Origin: Mustelus asterias | Lineage: Eukaryota | Assembly (NCBI RefSeq): GCF_964213995.1 | Contig: NW_027590255.1 | Coordinates: 248,001 to 312,000, forward strand | DNA: 64,000 nt | Reading direction: 5' to 3' | Part shown: piece after piece, positions 13,130-26,314 of the stretch | Layout: the number at the start of each line of letters is the position of its first letter | Position numbering within the stretch: position 1 is the first letter of the stretch | Made by a program: the position numbers and the translations under genes | The notes under the pieces: model-generated | The model's database searches: none | Told to the model about the DNA's origin: nothing | The model's input: only the letters and a program-made list of their open reading frames with translations

Positions 13130-15990
13130 TTGCAAGGCCAGAGATCCTCTGACCTCGGAAGGAAGACCCCGACCTGGCAGTGACCCGGAGAACCCGAACA
13201 CGTGGACCCAGCCGTGACCCCAAAGACCCCATCCACTAACCGGCCTTCAACCCGTCCATGCCGGAGTGTGGTGTGAACACCCTCCAAACTCAAACCGCAG
13301 CCCGACAGCGACCCGGAACTCCCAACCGCTCAGACCCGACTGCCGACGCAGGAACTGTGACCATGGCAACAAATCCTCCATCCACACACCAACCAAAGCG
13401 GAAACAGGATACAGCTACACCCTTGATCCCACAAACTAAACACCGTCTCACAGGCTCGACAGGAAGCAGCCACCCCAGGAAGCGTGGGAAACGCGCAGGC
13501 TTGCAGGTGAGACTGAAACAATGTGGTTCCAAGGCCCCCCTCCCCAGCTTACTCCTGGCAAATGTTCAATCTCTGGAACACAATCTAGATGAACTTAAAA
13601 CCAGACTCACTTTTCAAAGGGAACTGAGAGACTGCTGTGTGCTCTGTTTCACGGAGACACAGACCACACCTCCTTCACCGGACAGTGCCCTACAACCTCA
13701 GGGCTTCTCCATCCACCGAATGGACCGTACAGCGGCCTCAGATAAGCACTTGAATGAGTACGTCACTACAGTAACTGACTTCCTTAGTCATTGCATAGAA
13801 GACTGAGCCAAAGAAGCAAATCCATGTTTTTCCCAACCGGAAAGCATGGATGAACAGGGATATCCACTGCTTCCTGAAGTCCAGGTCCGAGGGGTTCCAG
13901 TCAGGGGACCCTGAACTGTAAAGAAATCCAGATGTGACCTACAGGGAACCATCAAAGATGCCAAGTGCCAGTACCGGACCAGGCTAGAGTCTGAGGCTCG
14001 CCACATGGACTCCCACCGTTTATGGTAAGGTCTGAAAGACATAACAGGCTATCAGATGAAGGCATGTCGAATTGCCAGCGACAATGCCCCTCTCCCTGAT
14101 GGGCTCAATGCATTCTATGTCTGTTTTGAGGAAGAGAGAGGATGCCCTCCACTCTGAAAGCCTTGGCCGAACCTGTATCCGAGGTCACCATCACAGACTT
14201 CAGATCAGCCTTCTTGAAAGTTAACCCGCGGAAAGCGACTGGCCTGGATGGGGTACGGGGACAGGCACTTAGATCCAGCGTGGACCAGCTGGCAGGGGTA
14301 TTCGCAGACATCTTTAACATCTCCTTTCACCAGTCTGAGGTCCCTATCTGCTTCAAGAAGATGACATCATCCCTGTACCAAAGAAAAGCCAGGCATCGTG
14401 CCTTCATGACTATTGCCTGGTAGCTCTGACATCCATCATTATGAACTGCTTCGAAAGGTTAGTCATGGCACGGATCAGCTCCAGTCTCCCAGATTGCCTG
14501 GATCCACGACAGTTCACCTACTGCTGCAACAGGTCCACAGTAGATGCCATCTCCCTGACCGTACACTCAACCCTGGAACACCTAGATAACAAAGACCCAT
14601 GTCAGATTCCCATTTATTGATTACAGCTCAGCCTTCAACACCATTATTCCTACAAAACCCATCTTCAAACACCATGACTAGGGCTTGGTTCCTCCCTCTG
14701 CGACTGCATCCTAGACTTCTTAACCCACAGACCGCAATTAGTAAAGATAAGCAACGACACCTCCTCCATGATTATTCTCAACACCAGTGCCCCACAAGGC
14801 TGTATCCTCAACCCCTTACGATGCTCCTTATACACTTATGACTGTGTGGCCAAATTCCGCTTCAAATCTATTTTCAAGTTTGCTGATGATACCACCATAG
14901 TGGGTCGGATCTCAAACAATGATGAGACGGACTATAGGAATGAGATAGAGAATCTGGTAAATTAGTGCAACGACAATAATCTCTCCCTCAATGTCAACCA
15001 AACAAAGGGGATTGTCATTAACTTCAGGAAGCATCGTGGAGGACATGTCCCTGTCTACATCAATGGGGGTGAAATGGAAATTGTCGAGAGCTTCAGGTTT
15101 CTGGGTGTTGAGATCACCAATAACTTGTCCTGGTCCTTCCACGCTGACACTATAGTTAAGTAAGACCTCTAATTTCTCAGGAGGCTAAGGAAATTCAGCA
15201 TTGCCTGTGTGGAGTTTGCACATTCTCCTCGTGTCTGCGTGGGTTTCCTCCGGGTGCTCCGGTTTCCTCCCACAGTCCAAAGATGTGCGGGTTAGGTTGA
15301 TTGGCCATGCTAAAATTGCCCCTCAGTGTCCTGAGATGTGTAGGTTAGAGGGATTAGTGGGTAAATGTGTAGGGATATGGGTAGGCCTGGGTGGGATTGT
15401 GGTCGGTGCAGACTCGATGGGCCAGATGGCCTCTTTCTGCACTGTCGGGTTTCTATAATTTCTATGATTTCCGCTATGACTCTCACCAAGTTTTTCAGAT
15501 GCACCAAAGAAAATACCCTTTCCAGATGTATCACAGCTTGGTATGGCTCCTGCTCTTACCAAGACCGCCTTAAACTACGAACAGTTCTTATAGTAGCGCA
15601 GTCCATCACACAAATCAGCCTCCCATCCATTGACTCCGTCTGCACTTCCCATCACGTCAGAAAAGCAGCCAGCATAATCAAAGACCCCCACGCACCCTGG
15701 ACATTCTCTCTTCCATCTTCTTTCAACAGGAAAAAGATACAAACATCTGAGATCATGTACCAACCAACTCAAGAACCGCATCTTCCCTGCTGCCATCAGA
15801 CTTTTGAATGGACCTATCTTATATTGATCTTTTGCTGCAGACTAGTTCTGAATGTAACACTACATTCTGCACTCTGTCATTTCTTTGTCCCCATGTACTC
15901 TATGAATGGTATGCTTTGCTTGTATAGCGCACAAGAAAAAATACTTTTCACAGTATGCCAATACATGTGACAACAGTAAATCAAATTGAA
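13130..15990 (+). mobile_element. Rex1/Babar-type LINE with endonuclease N-terminus and RT, degenerate
   Basis: RKRGKRAG...LLANVQSL...CCVLCFTET (APE start); [17 protein letters not shown] 5'-truncated HE1 SINE is inserted at ~15204-15470. Confidence 0.85.
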
Positions 15991-17117
15991 AATGGGCTGT
16001 GTATTATTCCCTCACCTGTAATTGGGTTACAATGAGTAAATTATTCCTGACAGGCAAATCATTGAACCAATCAATGTTAGTTTGAAGTTTCCTCACCTGA
16101 GTTGCAATGAACAGTGCAGCGAGCTCCTCACACACAGTATGTCTGTTCTCTCTCAGAGTGCATCAGTTCCACAGTCTCAGGCAGCAGAACCGGTTGCAGA
16201 GACACATTTTCAATCCAACAATCAATCAGAGCAGGAGAGACAGACATTGTTTCCATGTCATCCCAAGTCAGTCCCACTGACAGGTAGATTCATAAATCCC
16301 AGTCCAAATTCTCACCCGCTATCAGATTGTCAGTGTGTCAGTCCTACAATATTGTAGCATTAGTTGCAATTCAATTAAATACCAGATAGAACTGAATGAT
16401 TGTATAATCTGAGACACACACTGATTATTGTAATAAGGATACATATAAATTGGTACAAACTGAGATACAGATCACATACCTGACTTAAAGCCTCAGACGT
16501 GTAGGGCAGAAATTGTAATAATTCTCACAGTCAAACTGAGCTCAACATTCAAGTATAAAGTTCTCCCAAACACAGTGAATGATAAAGGAATCAATTTGAT
16601 TATTAAAATGTGAATTACACTTACCTTTACTTAACAATGGCGTGTTAGATGAAAAGATGCATGATCCTCCACAATTGTGCTCACACAAAGTGATTTAATA
16701 CAAGGCAAAAATTAGAATTTTTTTGAAAAAACCTACAGCATCAATGGCCTGTTTCTGCACTGAAATTTCAATGTGGAATGAATCCAGACTGTTAAACTGT
16801 CCCAGAGCCTTCGGTTATGTAATGAATCCCACACTGTCAGAGTAACAGTGACTGACAGATTCAGAATCATTCTCCAGCACATGTCCATTACCAGACACTG
16901 ACAGATACAGACTGTTACTGAACTCACTGACAGCACCTGATCCTGAACGACACTAATCAGTCTGACACACAGATATGGTACTACTGATAGAGTCCAGAAA
17001 TCATCACAAACCCACACAGACTGATGAATGTGCCCAGACGACACACCCCATATTAAAGAAAGGGAGTTACGGACCCACATTTTCTTACATATTTTCCACA
17101 TTCCCATAGTGGTCGCT

Positions 17118-18030
17118 GCATATTTATCCACATTATACCACATCTGCCATGCAGATGCCCACACACTCAGCCTGTCCAAATCACGCTGAAGGACCTCTGC
17201 ATGCTCCTCACAGCTCACCCTCCAACCCAATATTGTATCATCTACATGTTTGGAAATAATACATTTAGTTCCTGTGTCCAAATCATTAATATATAATATG
17301 AACAGTTGGGGTCCAAGCACAGATCCCTGCGGTACCCCACTAATCACTGCCTTCCAATTGGAAAAAGACCCATTTATGCCATCTCTTTGCTTCCTGTCTG
17401 CTAACCAGCTTTCTATCCATCTCAAGACGCTACCCACAATCCCATGTACTTTAACTTTACATAGTAGCAGAGTGGCACGGCGGCACAGTGGTTGGCACTG
17501 CTGTCTCACAGCGCCAGGGAGCCGGGTTCGATTCCTGGCTTGGGTCACTTGTGGAGTTTGCATGTTCCCTCTGTGTCTGCGTGGGTTTCCTCTGGATGCT
17601 CTGGTTTCCTCCCACAGTCTGAAAGGCATGCTGGTTAGTTGCATTGGCCATGCTAAATTCTCTCAATCTACCCGAACAGGTGGCAGAGTATGGCGACTGG
17701 GGGATTTTCACAATAACTTCATTGCAGTGTTAATGTAAACCTACTTGTGACACTAATAAACAAACTTTAAACTTTATAACTTAAAACCGTTATGTAAGAC
17801 CTTGTCCAAAGCCTTCTGAAAGTCGAAATAAATCACATCCACCAGTTCTCCCTGGTCAACTCTACTAGTTACATCCTCAAAGAATTCTAGTAGTTTTGTC
17901 AAGCATGATTTCCCTTTTGTAAATCCATGCTGACTTTATCTGATTAGAACGCTGCTTTTCAAACGCTTGATAATGGACTCCAGCAACTGCCCTACGACCG
18001 ACGTTCAGCTCACTGGTCGTTGGTTCCCTC
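17118..18030 (-). mobile_element. CR1 RT fragment interrupted by a V-SINE (~17470-17775, + strand)
   Basis: [21 protein letters not shown]. The 303-aa ORF 16733-17644 is a SINE/LINE chimera. Confidence 0.8.
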
Positions 18031-18211
18031 TTTCCTGTAACACTACATTCTGAACTCTCTCATTTCCTTCTCTATGAACGGTATGTTTTGTCTGGATAGC
18101 GCGCAAGAAACAATATGTTAATACATGTGACAATAATAAATCAAATCAAATCAAATCAAATCCTCTCTACTTCTGATTTTGAATACAGGGCTTAAATTAA
18201 TTACCTCTCTA

Positions 18212-18780
18212 TCCCCTGAAGGTGCTGACTCTGGCTGGGTTCAGTTCTACACTCACTGGTTCCTCTCTCTCCCCTGAAGCTGCTGACTCTGGCTGGGTTC
18301 AATTCTACACTCACTCGTTCCTCGCTCTCTCCTGAAGGTGCTGACTCTAGCTGGTTCAGTTCTCCACTCACTGATTCCTCTCTCCCTCTCTATTGAAGGT
18401 GCTGATTCTGGCTGGGTTCAGTTCTACACTCACTGGTTGCTCGCTCTCTCCTGAAGGTGCTGACTCTGGCTGTGTTCAGTTCCACACTCACTGGTTCCTC
18501 TCTCTCCTGAAGTTGCTGACTCTGGCTGTGTTCAGTTCCACACTCACTGGTTCCTCTCTTTCTATTAAAGGTGCTGACTCTGGCTGCGTTCAGTTCTACA
18601 CTCACTGGTTCCTCTCTCTCTCCTGAAGGTGCTGACTCTGGCTGGGTTCAGTTCTACACTCTCTGATTCCTCTCTCTCTCTCTCTCCTGAAGGTGCTGAC
18701 TCTGGCTGGGTTCAGTTCTACACTCACTGGTTCCTCTCTCTCTCTCTCCTGAAGGTGCTAACTCTGGCTGGGTTCAGTTC
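18212..18780. repeat. Minisatellite, ~58-bp unit, about 10 copies
   Basis: Unit CTGAAGGTGCTGACTCTGGCTGGGTTCAGTTCTACACTCACTGGTTCC(TC)n. Confidence 0.95.
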
Positions 18781-18896
18781 AGACGCTGGAAATCTGAAAT
18801 GAAACAGAAAAGAAAGCTCAGCAGATTGTGCAGCATCTGTCTACAGAGAGAAACAGAGTTAGTTTTTCAGGTCTGTGACCTTTCATCAGAACTTGG

Positions 18897-20705
18897 AAAC
18901 ATAGAAACTCGGAACAGGAGTCGGCCATTCAGGCCTTTGAGCCTGTTGCATCATTCAATGTGGTCATGGCTGATCCTATATCTCAATTCCATATTCTCAG
19001 TTTTCCCCAATACCCCTTGATGCCATTAAAATCTAAAAATTTATCTCTCTCCTTCTTGAATATATGCAGTGACTTGGTCGCCACAGCTTCTGTGGTAGAG
19101 AATTCCACAGGTTCTAAGTGAAGAAATCTCTCCTCATCTCACTTCTAAATGGTGAACCTTGTATCTTAAGACTGTGTCCCCTTGTTCTACATTCCCCAAC
19201 CAAGGAAAACATCCTTCCTGCAGCTAGTCTGTCCAGCCCTGTTAGAATTTTATATGTTTCAACCAGATCTCCTCTCATCCTTTCCTTTCTGTTTTTCACA
19301 CCAAAGTGTATAACTTCATATTTAGCCGCATTGTGCTGCATCTGCCATGTGTTTGTTCACTCACTCAACTTGTCTAAATCACCTTGAAGCCTCCTTACAT
19401 CCTCCTCACAACTCACAATTCCGCCCAGTTTTGTGTTGTCAGCAAACGTGGAAATGTTACGTTTGGTTCCCTCATCCAGGCCGTACACGTGAGTACGCGC
19501 TGAAAAATGGGATGAGAATAGATCGGTGCTGATGGCCGGTGCATACACGAGGGGCTGAATGGACTCTTTCTGTGCTGTAAAATTCTCCGACTCTATGACC
19601 TCTTAAAGAAGTCATTCATTGGCTGTCATTTGGGAACTCCTGAGATAATGATTGGTTCGATAGAAATGAAAATCTTTTGTCTTTTCTCTGGTGTCTTACA
19701 CTTTGCTCCTTGCTTCCTGACTGGAATCTCCAAACTGGGGGATTTGTGGATCCTGGTGACATTATCCTGTTGGGTATGAAGCTACTGTCACAGAGTCCTG
19801 TGTTGTCAATGTACCGACCCGTTACCACAGTTACCCAGTTTCACTGGATGCTGACAGAATGTTTACCATTGATTTTGTGTTCAACCTGCCAGTTGTTCAG
19901 ATGGAAAACAGATGCTGTGAGTGAGCATTGTCCCCATCCCACTTACAGCAATGACAGTGACAATCTGCATCATTTCCAGTTAGGGCTAGAGTCATAGTCA
20001 TACAGTCACAGACATTCACAGCTGGAAACAGGCCCTTCAGCCCAACTAATCTGTGCCGTCCAGTTTTTACCAATAAGCTAGTCCCAATTGCCTGAGTTTG
20101 GCCCATATCCCTCGATACCAATCTTACCCATGCAACTATCTAAATGCTTTTTAAAAGACAAAATTGTACCTGCTTCTACTACTACCTCTGGCAGCTCGTT
20201 CCAGACACTCCCCACCCTCTGTGTGAAAAAATTGCCCCTCTGGACCCTTTTGTGTTTCTCCCCTCTCACCTTAAACCTATGCCCTCCACTTTTAGACTCC
20301 CCTAACTTTGGGAAAAGATGTTGACTATCGACCTCATCTATGGCCCTCATTATTTTATAACCTCGAAAAAGATCATCCCTCAGCCTTCTCCGCTCCAGAC
20401 AAAAGGTCCCAGACTATTCAACCTCTCCTTAGAACTCAAACCAGAACTGGAGTAGGAGTCTCCACCAATGATTGAGGTCCCATCTTCGACCACTCGAGCA
20501 TCCTGCCTTGCCTCACACCTTCTCTGTTCTCCAGCAGCGGTGATGTTCCAGGGTCTTGGCTGCTCTGAATGGTAGCATCCTAGTAAATCTGTTCTGCACT
20601 CTTTCCCATTTAATAATATCCTTTCTATAAAAGTGTGACCAGAACTGTACACAGTATTCCTAGTGGGGACTTACCAATGTCTTGTACAACTTCAACATGA
20701 CGTCC
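18897..20705 (-). mobile_element. Two CR1 3' fragments
   Basis: MRGDLVETYKIL; GHRFKVRG...FFTQRVGSVWNELP. Confidence 0.75.
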
Positions 20706-20849
20706 CAATTTCTACGTGACGATAAATGGACTAATACATTCCATTGCCATTCCTGCAGTTGATAATGAAGTGAAAAAGCCGGTGTTTAATGAAATGCCCC
20801 AGGGAGAAATCTGCTCGAATGTAACAACTCCGCAAAATCCTTAATTATT

Positions 20850-21420
20850 GTTGTTTCTGTTCAACCAGCCCCGAGAAGCTTGGAAGATGGAAGTTCCCGA
20901 TTGGTCTGAAGTTGGAGATGAAAAGGAGCCAAATCTCAACAACTTGCTGGCAGACATCAAAAGTAATCTGCTTTGGAGCAAGGAGACCCTCAAACAGGCC
21001 ATTCAGAGCAGCCAAGACCCTGGAACATCACCGCTGCTGGAGAGCAGAGAAGGTGTGAGGCAAGGCAGGATGCTCGAGTGGTCGAAGATGGGACCTCAAT
21101 CATTGGTGGCGACTCCTACTCCAGTTCTGACTCCTGACATTGATGGACGGTTTGAAGTGGAGGAAATTAGGATGGAAATGACAAGATTTACAGTCACTCC
21201 CTCAGCTTAGAGACCATTTTTAAGACAGTCTATGCAGCAGCTCCACTCTGGGGTGGATGTCAGATCAGCTCACCAGACGGAAGGAAGACTAGAACTAGAT
21301 GAGGCCATTCAGCCCCAATACTTTCTCAAATGCTCCACTGTGCAGTTCAAAACCTGGAAGGCCGGGATTCGAGCCACGTTACACAGGCGACTGGGAAAAG
21401 CACCATCAGATTAATCAGAC
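20850..21420 (+). mobile_element. Possible degenerate L1/Tx1 ORF1 remnant
   Basis: Coiled-coil-like LLADIKSNLL...LKQAI, and GRLELDEA resembling the L1 ORF1 ELDRAH motif. Weak. Confidence 0.35.
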
Positions 21421-22412
21421 CACTGGCCCATACTGGAAAGACTAAAAGCCCAGCAGAGAGATGTCAACATGAATTTTCATTTTTAATTTTTCTTCTTTAC
21501 TCTAAACAATTTATTGTGTTTGTATAATTATCTTAAATGTTTCACATTAAAACAAATACTCGGATTATTGAGCATTGCTGGAGAAGTGTAACCGGGAAAG
21601 TGCCCTGTCCATTCAGAGGAAGATTGGGACATGACAGCTTCTCCCTATCAGCTCCTTCCAATTCCCTCCACATGATCAGAACAGACACATAAACACAGTT
21701 GGATTAGTCTGACCCGCCCACTCCTTTCATACACTCTCTCTTCCACAATATTCACACCTACACATTCACAGGACAAAACCTTTACCAACTGTAAGGTCCC
21801 AGCACGGAATTTTTACTCCTTCCACAATTCTGAACACTTCTATCAAATCTCCTCTCAACCTTCTCTTCGTCAAAGAGAACAGACCCAAATTCTCAATCTA
21901 CCGATGTAACTGAACTTCCTCATCCCTGGACCCATGCCCAGAGATTTATTGCACCCTCTCCAATGCCTTCACATCCTTTCCAACGACTGCTGTCCAGATC
22001 AGAGTCAAATACTCCAACTGAGGCCAAATCAGTGTTTTATACAGGTTTCCCATAACCTGCTTGCTCTTGTACTCTATGTCCCTACGTATAAAGCTCACAA
22101 AACCAAATACTTTATTAACCACGCTCTCAACCTGCCACTCAAACAGCAATTATTAGTGTCACATTTAACTGCAGGCCCCTTGTTCCTGCATGCTTTTACA
22201 ATTGTATCATTACTTTTATCTTGTCTCAACCTTTTCTTCCCAATGAAATAAATCATTTCACACTTCTCTGCTTTAAATTGGTCTTGTTTGACCAATCCAC
22301 AAGCTGTATCAGGAACTTTGAGCTTCAGCAGTACCCCCTCACTGTTCACAATGCTGCCATGTGTTGTATAATTACCACAGTTTGAATGTGTGCTCTGGAC
22401 AGCATTGCCGAT

Positions 22413-22444
22413 GTCCAAAGCCTTAACCACTCAGTCATCACAGC
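22413..22444 (-). pseudogene. 5' fragment of a tRNA-Ser gene, truncated at the anticodon arm
   Basis: Reverse complement GCTGTGATGACTGAGTGGTTAAGGCTTTGGAC resembles the tRNA-Ser(CGA) 5' end and abuts a CR1 remnant. Confidence 0.55.
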
Positions 22445-22755
22445 TGCACATGTGTCAGAATGATGGAACCACCCCAATAACGCTCATATTAACTTCATCA
22501 GGTACCAGGATTGTGCAGAGCACAGTGTGTGAGCTGTAATTTTATCTTCGTCTCTGATGGAGAACTCATTTATTAGGTCAGGGATTTGTTTTCGTATTTC
22601 AATAATTTTTCATTTGAAACGAATTACGTCCGAAGAAAAAAAAAGAAACTTTTATTATTTTATTTCATTCCTGTCAAATGTTGCGTTCGCACTGTTTTTG
22701 TCCACTCGGTTTAAAACACATGAGGCCGTGGACAAGGTTCTACATAAACTATCAA

Positions 22756-22827
22756 TGTGATAGCCGGGAATCGAACTCGGGTCAATTGCTTAGAAGGCAG
22801 CTATGCTCACCACTCTCCCACCATCGC
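22756..22827 (-). pseudogene. tRNA-Gly(TCC)-derived pseudogene (anticodon now TCT)
   Basis: 72 nt: GCGATGGTGGGAGAGTGGTGAGCATAGCTGCCTTCTAAGCAATTGACCCGAGTTCGATTCCCGGCTATCACA. Several stem mismatches. A more decayed tandem copy lies at 23172-23234. Confidence 0.8.
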
Positions 22828-24277
22828 TCAATCTGTTCAAACAACCCTTCTTTTCAATAGTTATAATTAGGAACTTCGCTGCTGATTTCATCAGACATTT
22901 GGTGTGTCCATGGCACAGTTTGTAAACTGAACCTGTCTTGTCTCGTTTTTCTGGACAGTTTCAGCCACCTTTTTACTCTTGTTAACGACTGAGAACTCAT
23001 TGATTAGTTTTGAGGCCTGTTCTTTCATTTTAACAAAGTTTCCACTGAAAGTAAATTGAAGCTGGATTTTCCATTAGAAACACAGTGATGGTGAGAATCT
23101 TTAGTGAATTTTATTTTAGGAATGCCCACCTGCTGTTGTGACCTGCGATAGTTAATTAAATAAATCACCATTGTGATGGTCAGGAACTGACTCTTGGTCA
23201 AATGCTCGCACAGTCACTACTCCACCACCATCGCTCACCTGGCTCTTCCACCCCTTCTGTAACAAAGTTCAGCTTTGACAGTGAATCTGGTTTCCTCAGG
23301 CCCAATCGGAGGATGGTCAGAAACTGTCCATCACTATCAGAAACTTCACTTTCAGCGAGTGGGGGATGATTATTTAACTGGCTGTCACTGGTTGTTGAGG
23401 TTGTGATTTACTGTTACCTGTCAGTGCAGAAGAAACAAATAAAACAGGGAATGTAGAGACTCCGAGAGCAGATCATTTGTATTTTCACCCGAAAGACACA
23501 ATGATGTCTGCAATCACTATAATAACTGAAACCCCCCAGATATTATTACCTCTGCCCACGGAATCTGGCTAACAGATGTGGTCCCACACCACATGGACTG
23601 CAGCGGTTCCAGAAGGCAGCTCATCACCATCTTCCCAATGGCAATTAGGGATGGGCAATAAATACTGACCCAGACAGCGACACTCACATTCCATGAATGA
23701 GTTGAAAGACAATCTGCGGGGAGCGGGCCTCAGAGTGTTTAACAGTTACTGAGGTGAAAAACTATAACTAACCCCCTGGAATCCGGAGCAAAGGCCGGAA
23801 AGAGTAAAACATTCCGTGCTGGGACCTTACAGTTGGTAAAGGTTTTGTCCTGTGAATGTGTAGGTGTGAATATTGTGGAAGAGAGAGTGTATGAAAGGAG
23901 CGGGCCGTTCAGACTAATCCAACTGTGTTTGTGTGTCTGTTCTGATCATGAGATCTCCGAGTTTCTCTGGTGTAAAATAAAACTATTTTCAATCAAAGAT
24001 TCCCCCCAATCCCCCTGCTGAGCTCCAAAATGAGATTTCAAGGCAAATGTTTCGCTAAATTGAAGATTTCAGTGGAAAAGTAGAGAATATGTCAGCTATC
24101 GCGTGTGAGAGCGCGATCAGTGCAGCAGGAAAACGGGTTTCAGTGGAAAATGGAGTTCTCAGTTCGAGTGAAACCTTTTCAACAGCAAACATTCGTGTGT
24201 CAGAGACATGAAGGATGTGAGCTGGATCTCTGGAGAGGCGGAATTTCATTGGAATGGGAGAGTTTGTGAGGAGAGAG

Positions 24278-24350
24278 AAACACAGAGAGGCTGGAGGAGC
24301 CGGGAGCTGACAGCAGCTTGTCTCTGCTCCGTCCGCTCTCTGCCTTTAAG
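24278..24350 (+). promoter_or_regulatory. H1 promoter (H1/AC box, TATA-like)
   Basis: AAACACA at 24278-24284 and CTTTAAG upstream of the H1 ATG. Confidence 0.5.
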
Positions 24351-24428
24351 TTGCTCTGTGCCGCCACCACTGGCTTCATTTCGGATCCAATTCTGACTCT
24401 CACACAGATTTTCCACACATTCTCGGAT

Positions 24429-25094
24429 ATGACTGAAACTGCAGCCACCGAAACGGCCCCTCCAGCCGCTCCCGCTCAAGTGAAGTCTCCCAGGAAGAAG
24501 AAGGCGGCTCCCCGACCTGCGGCAGCCGGTCCCAAGTTAGGCGAGCAGATCCTCAATGTTGTGGCGGGATGCAGCGATCGCAATGGGATGTCCCTGGCCG
24601 CGATAAAGAAAGCTTTGGCTGGCAGTGGAGTGGATGTGGGGAAGCGCGTCTCCCAGATCAGGTTAACGATCAAGAGGAAGGTGGAGACAGGGTCTCTGGT
24701 GCAGACAAAGGGACAGGGCGCCTCCGGCTCCTTCAAACTCGCTAAGAAGGAAAGCCCGGGGAAAATGGGAAAGAAGGCGAAGAAACCAACAGCCAAGAAA
24801 TCTTTAGTAAAGAAAACAGCGGCCAAGAAGGTGACAACAAAGAAAGCAGCAGCAAAGAAACCCGCAGCCAAGAAACCCGCAGCAAAGAAAACTCCAGTGA
24901 AGAAATCAACAGTGAAGAAAACAAGCAGCAAGAAGGCGGCAACTCCAAAAATGGCGGTAAAGAAAGCAGCCCTGAAGAAAAAGTCTCCCGTGAAGAAGGT
25001 GACGGGCGGAAAGTCTGTCAAAAAAGTGACTAAATCGAAGGCCAAACCCAAAGTGAAAGCAGCAAAAGCGAAGAAAGCGTCAGGAAAGAAGTGA
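24429..25094 (+). CDS. H1: Histone H1, 221 aa
   Basis: MTETAA...SLAAIKKAL...LVQTKGQGASGSFKL and a K/A/P-rich tail. The true start is the ATG at 24429. Confidence 0.97.
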   Translation: MTETAATETAPPAAPAQVKSPRKKKAAPRPAAAGPKLGEQILNVVAGCSDRNGMSLAAIKKALAGSGVDVGKRVSQIRLTIKRKVETGSLVQTKGQGASGSFKLAKKESPGKMGKKAKKPTAKKSLVKKTAAKKVTTKKAAAKKPAAKKPAAKKTPVKKSTVKKTSSKKAATPKMAVKKAALKKKSPVKKVTGGKSVKKVTKSKAKPKVKAAKAKKASGKK

Positions 25095-25130
25095 AACAAC
25101 CCGAGCAAATTGTAAACCTCTGAACCCAAA

Positions 25131-25170
25131 GGCTCTTCTCAGAGCCACCCACATCTCTCAGGAAAGAGCT
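25131..25170 (+). terminator. Histone 3' stem-loop and HDE (H1)
   Basis: GGCTCTTCTCAGAGCC at 25131-25146; GGAAAGAGCT at 25161-25170. Confidence 0.95.
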
Positions 25171-25394
25171 GATCCCGCAAGAAAATGATTCCTGTCCCGC
25201 GGCCCGGCTCGTTCTCAATAGAGATCATTTCAAATTCAGACTAAAGCGAAACACAGCAGAGGCTGAATTTCATTTGAATTTCACATTTGTTCAATCGCCA
25301 CTTTCTCTCATAATAAAGATGTCTGGTAGATTCAGTGTGAGACAGTAACACTGGCGGCTAAACACCGCATTGCAGCCTAATTTTTAATCGAATC

Positions 25395-25655
25395 CCTGCA
25401 ATGCAGAAGGAGGCCAATCGTCCCATCGAGTCTGAACCGACCTCAATCCCACCCAGTCCGGATCCCCATTACCCTATTTATTGACCGGACACTCCGGTGC
25501 AATTTAGCATGGCCAATCAACCTGACAGGCACTTTGGTGTGCGGGAGGAAACCGGAGCACCCGGAGGAAGACCGGGGAGAATGTGCAAACTCCACACAGA
25601 CAGAGACCTCAGCCGGGAATCGAACCCAGGTGCCTGGCGCTCTGAGACGGCAATT
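25395..25655 (-). mobile_element. HE1-like SINE just downstream of tRNA-Leu
   Basis: B box GGTTCGATTCC and V-domain on the minus strand. Confidence 0.8.
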
Positions 25656-25671
25656 CTTAGCCAAAAATCAA

Positions 25672-25754
25672 TGTCAGGAGTGGGATTTGAACCCACGCCT
25701 CCAGAGGAGACTGCGACCTGAACGCAGCGCTTTAGACCGCTCGGCCATCCTAAC
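25672..25754 (-). tRNA. tRNA-Leu(CAG)
   Basis: 83 nt: GTTAGGATGGCCGAGCGGTCTAAAGCGCTGCGTTCAGGTCGCAGTCTCCTCTGGAGGCGTGGGTTCAAATCCCACTCCTGACA. A few differences from consensus; T5 terminator follows. Confidence 0.9.
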
Positions 25755-26287
25755 TCCCTTAATTTGAACACAAGAGATTGCCCCAAACAGCTTCAATAAA
25801 GTGTTTGCAAACAGCGAGAAGCAGATGTGTGTGAGGATGTTCCGGAGGAAGATTCTTGCTATCGAATCGACTGTGTTTAGGTCGGAATATTACTGTCTGG
25901 GAATTATTACGGGACCAGGTTTAAAAACACAAAAGAACAAAGTCACGACCCGAAACGTTAACTCTGTTTCTCTCTCTCTTCACAAAAGCTGCCGGAGCTG
26001 CTAATTAGTTGCAGCATTTTCTGTTTTGATTCCATATTTCAAAGTTCCGGGTTTGTAGAAACTCTTGTGTGTGAAGGGCGGCTCTGGAAGGGTTTGTGTG
26101 GGGAGCTGTGTTTCGCTTCCATTGTTAATAAACGGGTTGAAATTGGCGGTTGCAGAAACTGGAGGTGGAGCTGAAAGATCAGGGGCCGTTCTGTGTGTGT
26201 GTGTCAGTCCGGCTCTCTCCTCCCTCCCGCTCTGTGTTTAATCTTCACTCTGTCTCCTCCCCTCTCTGCTCTCACTCCGCCTTTCTC

Positions 26288-26314
26288 AGTCAGGTCGGGG
26301 CGGGCTGTATAAAA
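26288..26314 (+). promoter_or_regulatory. H4 promoter (site II-like GTCAGGTC, GC box, TATA)
   Basis: AGTCAGGTCGGGGCGGGCTGTATAAAA. Confidence 0.75.

Noticed and set aside
16733-17644. 303-aa ORF
   Set aside because: Chance read-through of antisense SINE, CR1 RT fragment and flanking DNA.
22756-22827. Gly-to-Arg(TCT) anticodon-switch tRNA
   Set aside because: Multiple acceptor-, D- and T-stem mismatches indicate general decay.
23865-23900. CEYCGR zinc-finger-like peptide
   Set aside because: No downstream His pair and no repeated fingers.
24476-25129. 217-aa Phe-rich antisense ORF
   Set aside because: Shadow of the lysine-rich H1 codons.
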